Assembly (NCBI GenBank): GCA_047601445.1
Contig: JASGJH010000001.1
Span: 5,076,201 to 5,140,200, forward strand
Reading direction: 5' to 3'
DNA: 64,000 bases
From: Myxococcales bacterium
Lineage (GTDB): Bacteria > Myxococcota_A > Polyangia > Polyangiales > DASUME01
The notes under the pieces were generated by a model that worked only from the letters and a program-made list of their open reading frames with translations, had not been told where the DNA came from and searched no databases. Position 1 is the first letter of the stretch, and each line of letters begins with the position of its first letter. A program made the position numbers and the translations under genes. Shown piece after piece: positions 56,467-64,000 of the stretch.

Positions 56467-57243
56467 TCACGGTACGCCTTCGGTCACCAGCTGTTGAATG
56501 CGCGTGCGATGCGTGGACTTGGGGAAATCCTTCCCGAAGGCCTGCGCGCGTTGAGCCGCTGCGGGCTGCTTGCCGGTACGCACGAGCGCTTCGATGGCGA
56601 GCACCTCGCGCTCTTCGGCGAAGGCTCCACGTGGATACTCACGTGCATGCTCCTCGGCCAGCTCGAGCGTGCGACCGGGGTCGGCCAGGAGCACACGGCG
56701 CGCCCGCATCAAGATGGAGAGCTCGGCCGCCGGGTCGTGCTTTTCGACCTCGGGCGTGACGGTGGGCAGCTCGGCGGGCTTGACGCGCGCCTTCTTCTCC
56801 GCGCGCCTCACGGGCTGCTCGAGCGGTACAGGCGCAGGATCCACGCTCCGCTCGGGCCGGGCAGACAAGGCCTGCACAGAGGGATCTTCCACGGGCTGGG
56901 CAGGTTGGATCGGAACCACGATGGACGGAGCCTTGGGTTCCTGACGCGCCCAGTACATGCCGAGCAATCCGACCAGCGTGATCAGCATGCCGAACTTCAG
57001 GAGCGTGCCACTCCGCACGGACTTCACCGGACGAGGCGGACTCGGCGGTGCCGTCTCGGCAGCCGCTGCGGCCTCGGCAGCCAGGCGAGCCGAGAGCTCG
57101 GTGAACATACGCACCCGCTGATCGCCGTTGGGACCCACCTTGGCCTCGTGCGCGAGACCCAGGGCCACCGTCCGCCAATCGTCATCGCGCTCGAGCCAGC
57201 GCGGGGGGGCTTGACGTGGCTCATCCCGCACTCCTCTTCGCAT
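56467..57243 (-). CDS. Anti-sigma factor (single TM, periplasmic helical domain)
   Basis: ATG 57243 (or GTG 57231) overlaps the ECF sigma gene end. Cytoplasmic N-terminus, TM LLKFGMLITLVGLLGMYWA, Pro-rich linker, C-terminal helical-repeat-like domain. No HxxxCxxC zinc motif. Confidence 0.65.
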   Translation of the reverse strand: MRRGVRDEPRQAPPRWLERDDDWRTVALGLAHEAKVGPNGDQRVRMFTELSARLAAEAAAAAETAPPSPPRPVKSVRSGTLLKFGMLITLVGLLGMYWARQEPKAPSIVVPIQPAQPVEDPSVQALSARPERSVDPAPVPLEQPVRRAEKKARVKPAELPTVTPEVEKHDPAAELSILMRARRVLLADPGRTLELAEEHAREYPRGAFAEEREVLAIEALVRTGKQPAAAQRAQAFGKDFPKSTHRTRIQQLVTEGVP

Positions 57244-57787
57244 AGGCACGCCGCTGTTGCGCCGCCTGAACCTTTTGTACGAAGCGCTGAATCTCCTCAC
57301 GCGCCGCGTACAAACGCGAGAGCGCCGTGCTCTCGGGAACATCGAGACTCGCTGCCACCTCGGCCATGGTGAGCCCCTCGAGCTCGTACAGCGCGAACAC
57401 CTCGCGCTTATCGTCGTCCATGCGCGTGAGCGCTTCGGCCGCCAGCTCCAGTACCTGCTTCTGCGAAGCGAGGTCGAAGGCCGTGACCAGCGAGGTCCCC
57501 GACGTGTGCTCACTCTCCTCGATATCGAGCACCTCGCGCCGGAGATGGGCCTTGCGCCGATGGCCGAGCGCCACACGCGCCGCGATACCGTAGACCCACG
57601 TGCGCATGCTGGAACGCCCCTCGAACTCGGGTAGCCTGCGATGCACCACCAAGAACACTTCCTGACAAGCGTCCTCGAGCTCGCGCTCAGGCACCCCGTG
57701 GCGCTTGAGCACGCGCCACACGAAGTCCACGTGCTCGGCGAAGAGCACATGGAAGTTCGTGCGAAGCTCGTGGACGTTGGGGTTCAT
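57221..57787 (-). CDS. ECF (group 4) sigma-70 family sigma factor
   Basis: ATG 57787. Region 2 FVWRVLKRHGV...LEDACQEVFLVVHRRL..F and region 4 REVFALYELEGLTMAEVAASLDVPESTALSRL. Confidence 0.9.
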   Translation of the reverse strand: MNPNVHELRTNFHVLFAEHVDFVWRVLKRHGVPERELEDACQEVFLVVHRRLPEFEGRSSMRTWVYGIAARVALGHRRKAHLRREVLDIEESEHTSGTSLVTAFDLASQKQVLELAAEALTRMDDDKREVFALYELEGLTMAEVAASLDVPESTALSRLYAAREEIQRFVQKVQAAQQRRAYAKRSAG

Positions 57788-59109
57788 TGGGGGAAGTCGA
57801 AGCGCGCTAGCTGATGAGTGGAGGTCAGGGCGTACACGGCATTGTCGTTGCCAGCGACCAGCTCGTAGGGAGCGATGCCCGGCACCAGCACGCAGCTCAC
57901 CTGCTGCGCGTCGTTCATCCGGCAAAGCGTGGCGGTCTGGGCGTCGCGCTCACCCGTGGAGGTGATCAAGTAGCTGCCTCCAACACGGTCTGGGGCCTGC
58001 TTGGAAACCGTCATCAGCGTGAACCCCACACGTTGTAGGAGCACTTCATCGACGCCCGCGTCATTCACGCGCATCCAATGGATGTCCCCGACCAAATCGT
58101 CAGGTGTCGCCACCACCACGCGCCCCGCAGAGTCAGCGGACAGGCTAACGGAAGCGCCGCCGCCGAAATAGCCCCTGGACAAGACATTGCCGGTCTTCCA
58201 GTCGAGATCCGAGACTTGCATCGCCCATTCGTACGTGGAGTCATCGCCCGACAGGGTTACCGGTTTTCCGTCCTTCGCGGGAGAAGCATTCAGAAAGTCC
58301 GTTCCCAGCTTTCTGTTGACCACCGTGAGCACGTCGGAGCTCTTCAAGAACGCGATCGCTTCGTTCGGTGAACCCTCGATCGGAATCTCCCCCAGCGCAC
58401 CTTGCTGCCAGCTAGCGTGACCGTCCGCCGAGGTCCGTTGCGCGATCATTCCTGCCTTGAAGCCGAGAAACATGAAGTTCGAACTCGTGGGATCGCGCTG
58501 CGCCGAACTGAGCGCCCCAAACTCGTGGAAGAAGCGCGTCGCCGGCTCCTGAGCCGTCGCCCCGAGCGCGATGAACTCGTGCCAGATGGCACCACTTCCA
58601 TCGGCATGGCCGACACAGTTCCAGGCCCAGCGCGTGCTGAACACGGAGTCCTGGCCTCCCATGAGGCCGTAGAGCGAGAGGACTGAGCCCTTGTCGTCGA
58701 TCTTTCCGTCGCAAGGAAGCTTGGCCGCGGGCATGCCGATGTCCTGGCTCCCGAGTTCCTTCTCGGCATCGAACTGGCGTACCTTGAACGTGAACTGTCC
58801 GTCCTGCTTCTGCACGACCCAGACGGTGCCGTTGGCGCCCGCAGTGAGGATGACTTCAGTGGTGTCCGTCGAACCGAGGTCCCAGGTGGTGGTCGGGCTC
58901 AAGGTCGGCAGGTCCCGCATCGGATAGGTCGCAACCAGGTTCGCCGCCCCCAGGCTTTCCGCCTTGGGCAGCTCGCAGCTCGACTCGATGCACGGTTCCT
59001 TCATGTTGCCGATGTTTCCCTGGTCTCCACAGGCCACGATCGACAGCGCCCATAGCGCACCGCGACCCGCCACCCAGCAACTGCCCTTGCCCTGTCCCAT
59101 TCGCTTCAT
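57784..59109 (-). CDS. P-family lipoprotein paralog P1 (unknown function)
   Basis: MKRMGQGKGSCWVAGRGALWALSIVAC lipobox. Shares the motif and Cys framework with P2-P4 and ends ARFDFPQ. Its stop overlaps the ECF sigma ATG (ATGA). Confidence 0.75.
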   Translation of the reverse strand: MKRMGQGKGSCWVAGRGALWALSIVACGDQGNIGNMKEPCIESSCELPKAESLGAANLVATYPMRDLPTLSPTTTWDLGSTDTTEVILTAGANGTVWVVQKQDGQFTFKVRQFDAEKELGSQDIGMPAAKLPCDGKIDDKGSVLSLYGLMGGQDSVFSTRWAWNCVGHADGSGAIWHEFIALGATAQEPATRFFHEFGALSSAQRDPTSSNFMFLGFKAGMIAQRTSADGHASWQQGALGEIPIEGSPNEAIAFLKSSDVLTVVNRKLGTDFLNASPAKDGKPVTLSGDDSTYEWAMQVSDLDWKTGNVLSRGYFGGGASVSLSADSAGRVVVATPDDLVGDIHWMRVNDAGVDEVLLQRVGFTLMTVSKQAPDRVGGSYLITSTGERDAQTATLCRMNDAQQVSCVLVPGIAPYELVAGNDNAVYALTSTHQLARFDFPQ

Positions 59110-59135
59110 GCCCGTTCGTGCGGGTCACTTGGCCT

Positions 59136-59158
59136 TTCCTCGAAACTTTTCTCGCTCT
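59136..59158 (-). promoter_or_regulatory. Conserved leader box A upstream of P1 (sense strand AGAGCGAGAAAAGTTTCGAGGAA)
   Basis: The 23-mer is identical to 61588..61610 although the P1 and P2 coding sequences are strongly diverged. Confidence 0.5.
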
Positions 59159-59172
59159 GGCCCTTCTTCCCT

Positions 59173-60240
59173 TCAAAACAGCAAACTGGGGCCCATATTC
59201 ACCACGTACGATACCCGGGGCACCTCGAAGGCCGTGGCGTCGTGGTCGATCACGAAGCGCCGGGAAAGCGCATTCACGCGCGCCGCTCCCGAGGCCGAGA
59301 GGCCCCAGTGCTCCGCCAGCCGCACCAGGAGCTCCAGCCCCAACGAGACCCCGAAGCCACTGAGAACAGCGCTGTCATTGCTCAAGAATCCGCTACCCTT
59401 CTGCCGCCACAGGGAGTACTCGGGCGAGAGGCAGGCCCGCAGGTGCAGGCGCCCCCCGAGGTCACCCCCCGAGCACATACCGATCACGAAATCGAATGCT
59501 TGGGCCTTCACCGCCGTGTTTTGGCTCAAGTGCATCCCCCCGAGCCCGGACGCGCCGCGAAAGGTGCTCACCATGCTCAGCCTGCGACGCAGGCGAGAAG
59601 CGAAGGAAAGGCTGGCACCCACGAGCGGATCCGGGGCGACCCCGAACTCGGCGAGAGCGGCCAGGCGTACGTCACGGGGCGGCCACGGACGGACGGACTC
59701 AGGCTTTGGAGTTGGGGCAAGAAGCGGGGCGGGCTCGGGCGGACTGAACTCCGGCACGGGTGCTGGCGGCATTTCATCGAGCTCACTCAGGAGCCGCTTC
59801 TCTGCGGGCTCTTCGCTCGAGAGCAGCCCCAGCAGTGCCGGGGGGAGATCCGCCAGAGAGAGATTCGGATCCACCATCATGGCCACGATGAACACCAGAG
59901 GCTCGTCGAGCTCACGACAGTCCACCGCGTTCTGCTCGAGCACACGCTGGCCACCCGGCGCGCCCCCACGCTCCGACAACGTGATGCGCGCGTAGTAGCG
60001 CCCAGGCGCCACCGCCTCGATGTGTCCCTCGATGAAGCGCGCCGCATGCGCAGGAGCATTCAGGCTGGTGCCGGTGAGTTGCTCCACCCGCTCCGCCAGC
60101 GTGGCGGGGTCGATGCAACCCACGGCGTTCTCGGAGCGCGACCAGTGCAACGCAGGAGCGTCACCGACATCGGCTTGGGCGCCGCTGGTGAGCGCGAGCG
60201 CGAGCACGGCGCCGCAGAGCGTGGCCCTCAGCCGAAACAT
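59173..60240 (-). CDS. Secreted protein, possible outer-membrane protein (C-terminal ..NMGPSLLF)
   Basis: ATG 60240 gives the signal peptide MFRLRATLCGAVLALALTSGAQA. N-terminal globular part, Pro-rich linker (PPAPVPEFSPPEPAPLLAPTPKPE), beta-rich C-terminal part ending in Phe. Confidence 0.6.
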   Translation of the reverse strand: MFRLRATLCGAVLALALTSGAQADVGDAPALHWSRSENAVGCIDPATLAERVEQLTGTSLNAPAHAARFIEGHIEAVAPGRYYARITLSERGGAPGGQRVLEQNAVDCRELDEPLVFIVAMMVDPNLSLADLPPALLGLLSSEEPAEKRLLSELDEMPPAPVPEFSPPEPAPLLAPTPKPESVRPWPPRDVRLAALAEFGVAPDPLVGASLSFASRLRRRLSMVSTFRGASGLGGMHLSQNTAVKAQAFDFVIGMCSGGDLGGRLHLRACLSPEYSLWRQKGSGFLSNDSAVLSGFGVSLGLELLVRLAEHWGLSASGAARVNALSRRFVIDHDATAFEVPRVSYVVNMGPSLLF

Positions 60241-60301
60241 CGAGCCGCTATGTAGCAAAGCGAAGCAGGTTCTTCACTAGGTCTCGCCGCGCTACGAAAC
60301 C

Positions 60302-61567
60302 TCACAAGGGAAAGTCGTAGCGCACGAGGGAAGGCTTCTGCTGTATGAGCGGGTCAGTATGCACGGCGTAGAGGACTCCAGGCTGGTCCGAGACGGCGAG
60401 CTCAAATATGTTGGGCATCGGCATCACTGCGCACGAGATCGTTCCTGCGTCTCCCCAGCGACATACCGTCGGCTGCTCAGCGCCGCGCTCGCCCGAGCGG
60501 GTCAGGAGGTAGGTTCCTCCCAGCGCGTCAGGCTCCAACGCGTACGGATCCATCAGCGTATAGCTCGAGCGCACCATGGTCACACCATCCGTCGTCGTTC
60601 CATCGGACCGCAGCCATTCGATATCGCCCGACGAATTGGTTGCCGCAACCACCGAACGCCCACGAGAGTCGACGGCCACACGGTATTGTGACCACGGCAG
60701 GTAGTAGGCGTGCTGGGACACGACATTGCCGGTGTCCCAGTCCAACGTGAAGTGGGTGATGAGGTCCGGAGGTCCGAAGCGTCCCACCAACGCTAGCTGG
60801 TTCGCGGCGTCGAATGCGATGCGGAGTCCGCCAGCGGTGTCCAATGGCCCGGTCACAGGTCCAGTGGCTGACTGCTGCCACAGCAACTCGCCGTGGCCAT
60901 CGATGCGACTTGGAATCACACCGTTTCCCATGCTCAGCACGGCGTAATCCTTCGCGTTGGACAAACGTTGGATCGCATAGGGAGGCATGACCGTCGGATT
61001 GTCTCGATGAAGCAGCGTTCGAGTCGGCCCCTCCTGCACGGTCGCCCCGAATGAGACCAGCTCCAGCCGATAGTCCGCAGTTCTGCCGTCACAATAGGAT
61101 TGCCAGTCGGCCACGAGCAGTGGCCCTGGACTGCTCGTGACAATTCGTTGACTGACGATCGCTTGGTCGAGTTCGAAGGTGCAACCCGGCCCGGCCTCGG
61201 GAGCCGGAACGTCGAGCGCACCCAGCTCCGTGCCGTCGGCCTGAATCTGACGCACGTGGTAGGAGGACCCGGCCAAGGAGACTTCCCAGACGGTGCCATT
61301 GGTACCGGCCGCAATCGAACCGCTGAGCGGAATCGACCAGGCAGCCTCGAGCACCCCCATGCTCGGCATCACCTCGGTGACTTGGTCATCGGAGGCGGGT
61401 GACTGGGCCTCTTTCGGGAGCTCGCAGGAGATCTTCTCTCCCACGCAGAACGCGTTGTTCTCTCCGACGCTCGCCGAATCCCCGCATGCGCCCACGAGCA
61501 CCAGCCCCCCACCAAGCAGGACTGTCTTGTACTTCGCCATGAACACCGCCTTCACCTTCATGCCCAT
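60302..61567 (-). CDS. P-family lipoprotein paralog P2
   Basis: Start is ATG 61567, 61561 or 61540. ..MAKYKTVLLGGGLVLVGAC lipobox. Ends VRYDFPL. The ORF extension to 62014 overlaps P3. Confidence 0.75.
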   Translation of the reverse strand: MGMKVKAVFMAKYKTVLLGGGLVLVGACGDSASVGENNAFCVGEKISCELPKEAQSPASDDQVTEVMPSMGVLEAAWSIPLSGSIAAGTNGTVWEVSLAGSSYHVRQIQADGTELGALDVPAPEAGPGCTFELDQAIVSQRIVTSSPGPLLVADWQSYCDGRTADYRLELVSFGATVQEGPTRTLLHRDNPTVMPPYAIQRLSNAKDYAVLSMGNGVIPSRIDGHGELLWQQSATGPVTGPLDTAGGLRIAFDAANQLALVGRFGPPDLITHFTLDWDTGNVVSQHAYYLPWSQYRVAVDSRGRSVVAATNSSGDIEWLRSDGTTTDGVTMVRSSYTLMDPYALEPDALGGTYLLTRSGERGAEQPTVCRWGDAGTISCAVMPMPNIFELAVSDQPGVLYAVHTDPLIQQKPSLVRYDFPL

Positions 61568-61587
61568 GCGTGCAGCTGGGCGCATCG

Positions 61588-61610
61588 TTCCTCGAAACTT
61601 TTCTCGCTCT
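61588..61610 (-). promoter_or_regulatory. Conserved leader box A upstream of P2
   Basis: Identical 23-mer to 59136..59158, lying between the P3 stop (61627) and the P2 start. Confidence 0.5.
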
Positions 61611-61626
61611 CTCCGAGTGGCCAGCG

Positions 61627-62928
61627 TCAGAGGGGAAAGTCGTAGCGCACCAGATGCCGCTGAAAATGCTCGTCGCTGTGGACGCCGTACACCACTCCGC
61701 GCTGATCGGAGACGGCGATCATTTGCATCTCGAGCAAGGGTGTCAGAGCACACGAGACCTGCTGAGTGTCGCTCAGGTAGCAAAGCGTGGTCTCGTCTGC
61801 ACCGCGGTCGCCGGTGCTCGTCAAGAGGTACGCGCCGCCAAACGCGTCCGGCTGCAGTGCGTGCACTGACATCAGCGTGTAGCTGGAGCGAACCATGGTG
61901 AACCTGGTCGAGACCGTCCCGTCGATGCGGAGCCACTCGATGTCGCCGGTGCCGTTGGTCGCCGCCACCACCAGGCGATTGCGGGAGTCGATCGTCGTCT
62001 TGTACTGCGGCCATGGCATGAAGTCGACGCGCTGGGACAACACATTGCCCGTGTTCCAGTCGATTCTGTAGGTGGTGAGGTTCTGAACGTAGTCCTGCAC
62101 GTTGCTTGGCACCGTGACTCCAAAGCGTCCCACGAGCAGCAGTTGATCGGCTCCGCCGAAGGCGACCATGGTCTCGAACTCATCCATCGCCTGCGGCGTG
62201 CTCACGCTCACCGTGGCGTTCTGCTGCCAGAGCACCTCGCCTCGCGCGTCGACGCGAGCCGAGAACCAACCATCCATCACGCTGAGGACTGCAAAGTCTT
62301 CGGCCCCAGGCGGACGCTGGATCATGCGAGGGTTGAAAGGAGCAGGATTTCCCTGCGCAAGCATGGTTCGCGAAAAGCCCTCCTGCACGCTGCCCTTCAA
62401 CGCGTAGGCCTCGATCTGGTTTTGGGGAACCGCGGGCGCACAGTTGTTGTACCAGGTCGTGAAGAAAACCGGTCCCGGGTTGCTCGGATACAGCCAGGCG
62501 CCCGAGTTAGCCACATCGGCGTCGAAGCGGCAGCCGTGTTTGGGCTCGGGCGGGGGGATGTCCAGCGTACCGAGCTCCGCACCATCATCCCGAAGTTGGC
62601 GCACATGGAAGGACTCAACTGCGGCACCGCCAGCCGAGATTTCCCACACCGTGCCATTGGTGCCGGCCGCGATCGATCCGTTCCCCAGAGGTACCGACCA
62701 GGTCGGATCGAGCAGCTCTATCGTCGGCGTCACGTCCGCATTCGAGGGATCAACCACCCCTTGGTCGAACTCCTCGGGCAGCTCGCAGGAGATCTTCTCT
62801 CCGAGGCAGGACGTGCGGTTGTCCCCGACGCTGGCCGAGTCACCACACGCGCACGCCAGCATCAGCATTCCGCCAAGCACGGCCTTCTTGTTTCTTGCCA
62901 CGGTCACCACCTTCACTATCAAGCCCAT
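61627..62928 (-). CDS. P-family lipoprotein paralog P3
   Basis: Start is ATG 62928, ATG 62946 or GTG 62901. ..ARNKKAVLGGMLMLACAC lipobox. Ends VRYDFPL. By eye, about half of aligned residues are identical to P2. Confidence 0.75.
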   Translation of the reverse strand: MGLIVKVVTVARNKKAVLGGMLMLACACGDSASVGDNRTSCLGEKISCELPEEFDQGVVDPSNADVTPTIELLDPTWSVPLGNGSIAAGTNGTVWEISAGGAAVESFHVRQLRDDGAELGTLDIPPPEPKHGCRFDADVANSGAWLYPSNPGPVFFTTWYNNCAPAVPQNQIEAYALKGSVQEGFSRTMLAQGNPAPFNPRMIQRPPGAEDFAVLSVMDGWFSARVDARGEVLWQQNATVSVSTPQAMDEFETMVAFGGADQLLLVGRFGVTVPSNVQDYVQNLTTYRIDWNTGNVLSQRVDFMPWPQYKTTIDSRNRLVVAATNGTGDIEWLRIDGTVSTRFTMVRSSYTLMSVHALQPDAFGGAYLLTSTGDRGADETTLCYLSDTQQVSCALTPLLEMQMIAVSDQRGVVYGVHSDEHFQRHLVRYDFPL

Positions 62929-62948
62929 GCGTGCAGTCACGCGCATCG

Positions 62949-62969
62949 TTCCTCGAGATTTCGCGCGCT
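62949..62969 (-). promoter_or_regulatory. Diverged copy of leader box A upstream of P3 (sense AGCGCGCGAAATCTCGAGGAA)
   Basis: Same position relative to the start codon. The adjacent CGATGCGC..CTGCACGCATGGGC block is nearly identical to the P2 leader. Confidence 0.4.
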
Positions 62970-62981
62970 GGGCGCTCGATT

Positions 62982-64000
62982 TCAGATGGGAAAGTCGAAG
63001 CGCGCGAGACGTGTCCCGGTCTGTTGATCCCACGCCTGCGCGTAGAGCACGCCGGGGATGTCCGAAACGACGAAGTTGCGCGCTTCCGGCACCAAGGCGC
63101 AGGAGATCGCCATGGCGTCGTTCATGTAACAGAGGGTCTGAACGGCCGCGTTGCGATCGCCGGAGGCAGTCACGAGATAGGTGCCACCCACGCTGTCCGC
63201 GATGAGCGATTGCACCGCAAGGTAAGTATAACCTTCACGGATGATCGTCCTCTCGTCGAGCGCGGCTCCCTGCGAGCGCGACCACGAGATGTCCCCGCTG
63301 TAAGTGCTGCCCGCAACGACCGTTCGTCCCTCGGAGTCGAGCGCAAACGTCGCACTACCGTCCAACAGGAGGCCGGGCACGGCCGTCCGAGATTGCACGC
63401 TGCCAGTCTCCCAGTCGAGCACGACCATGGAAGGCGTCACGCTACCCTGGTCCTGCGGCAGCTCACCGATCACGACCAAGGAGCCATCGACTCCCCAGAA
63501 GAGCGACGCGTAAGTAAAATTCCCGAACTCGAGCTCTCGGTCGTAGAACTCTCTCGCGATCGACGACTGCTGCCAGACGATGTCCCCGGCGGCGTCGATC
63601 CGCGTCGGCGCCCAACCTTTCGGGAAGAGGGGCAGCACCGCGTGTTCGTTGCTCTGCGCCTTGCGCGCCAGGACAGGTGGAACCGTGTTGCCGGTAACAT
63701 CGAGATCGGCACGGGTGACCGGCTCGGATACGCTCGAGCCGAAATCGATGACCTCCGCCTGAGTGTCGTAGATGCCTCCCGGGCAGTGCACTGACCAGCC
63801 AACGACCAGCGTCGGTCCAGGATCGCCTTGGTTGAGGCTGAACACGGGGATGTCCTGCTGAACGCACTTGAGGTCCGCCGGGGGCAGGATGTCTTGCGTC
63901 CCGAGCACCCCTCCATCGGCATTCAGCTGCCAAAGACGGATCCCGGTCAGGCCGAGTACCGCGGTGGCTGACCAGAAGGTTCCACCAACACCAGCAACCA
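62982..64000 (-). CDS. P-family paralog P4, N-terminus beyond the window edge
   Basis: ORF 62982..63908 stays open in frame to nt 64000 (..VAGVGGTFWSATAVLGLTGIRLWQLNADGGVLGTQD..), matching the AGTNGTVW...VRQ..DG.ELG region of P2/P3. Ends ARFDFPI. Confidence 0.75.
   Translation of the reverse strand, partial: VAGVGGTFWSATAVLGLTGIRLWQLNADGGVLGTQDILPPADLKCVQQDIPVFSLNQGDPGPTLVVGWSVHCPGGIYDTQAEVIDFGSSVSEPVTRADLDVTGNTVPPVLARKAQSNEHAVLPLFPKGWAPTRIDAAGDIVWQQSSIAREFYDRELEFGNFTYASLFWGVDGSLVVIGELPQDQGSVTPSMVVLDWETGSVQSRTAVPGLLLDGSATFALDSEGRTVVAGSTYSGDISWSRSQGAALDERTIIREGYTYLAVQSLIADSVGGTYLVTASGDRNAAVQTLCYMNDAMAISCALVPEARNFVVSDIPGVLYAQAWDQQTGTRLARFDFPI

Noticed and set aside
61568-62014. Upstream in-frame extension of P2 (and the analogous MRPAARMG / MRVTARMG extensions of P2/P3) as real coding sequence.
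   Set aside because: The long extension overlaps the P3 coding region. The short extensions add residues in front of an already adequate lipoprotein signal peptide. Start choice among 61540/61561/61567 (P2) and 62901/62928/62946 (P3) is left open.

Overview
Very GC-rich bacterial chromosomal segment (exact GC not computed). Frequent GTG/TTG starts, many lipoproteins with Asp/Gly-rich linkers and Cys-rich C-terminal modules, a sigma-54 activator and an ECF sigma factor suggest Myxococcota; this is inference only. I support about 53 protein genes and found no rRNA, tRNA, CRISPR array, transposase or integrase. Housekeeping blocks: pyruvate dehydrogenase E1alpha/E1beta/E2, a fused MoaD-MoaE molybdopterin synthase, two aldehyde dehydrogenases, a nitronate monooxygenase / enoyl-CoA hydratase / acyl-CoA dehydrogenase operon, an acyltransferase-gpsA operon, an ABC1/UbiB kinase and a CopA-type P1B ATPase. 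Envelope and accessory blocks: (i) a six-gene HlyD / 2x ABC ATPase / 2x ABC-2 permease / TolC efflux operon, next to a histidine kinase / NtrC-type activator pair and a multicopper oxidase; (ii) a radical-SAM / M19-dipeptidase-like lipoprotein pair beside a very large Cys-rich lipoprotein; (iii) at the right edge, four tandem divergent paralogous lipoproteins plus a predicted outer-membrane protein running directly into an ECF sigma/anti-sigma pair. The most interesting signals are that lipoprotein/ECF array with its conserved non-coding leader boxes; two genes (HlyD and the multicopper oxidase) each broken by a +1 frameshift at the same AT(S)GAT-T-CT(S)G sequence, on either side of the sigma-54 two-component pair; a palindromic tandem-repeat array in a 581-bp spacer; and a duplicated 23-nt hairpin upstream of copA. 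Many long ORFs in the track are antisense shadow ORFs typical of GC-rich DNA and were rejected.
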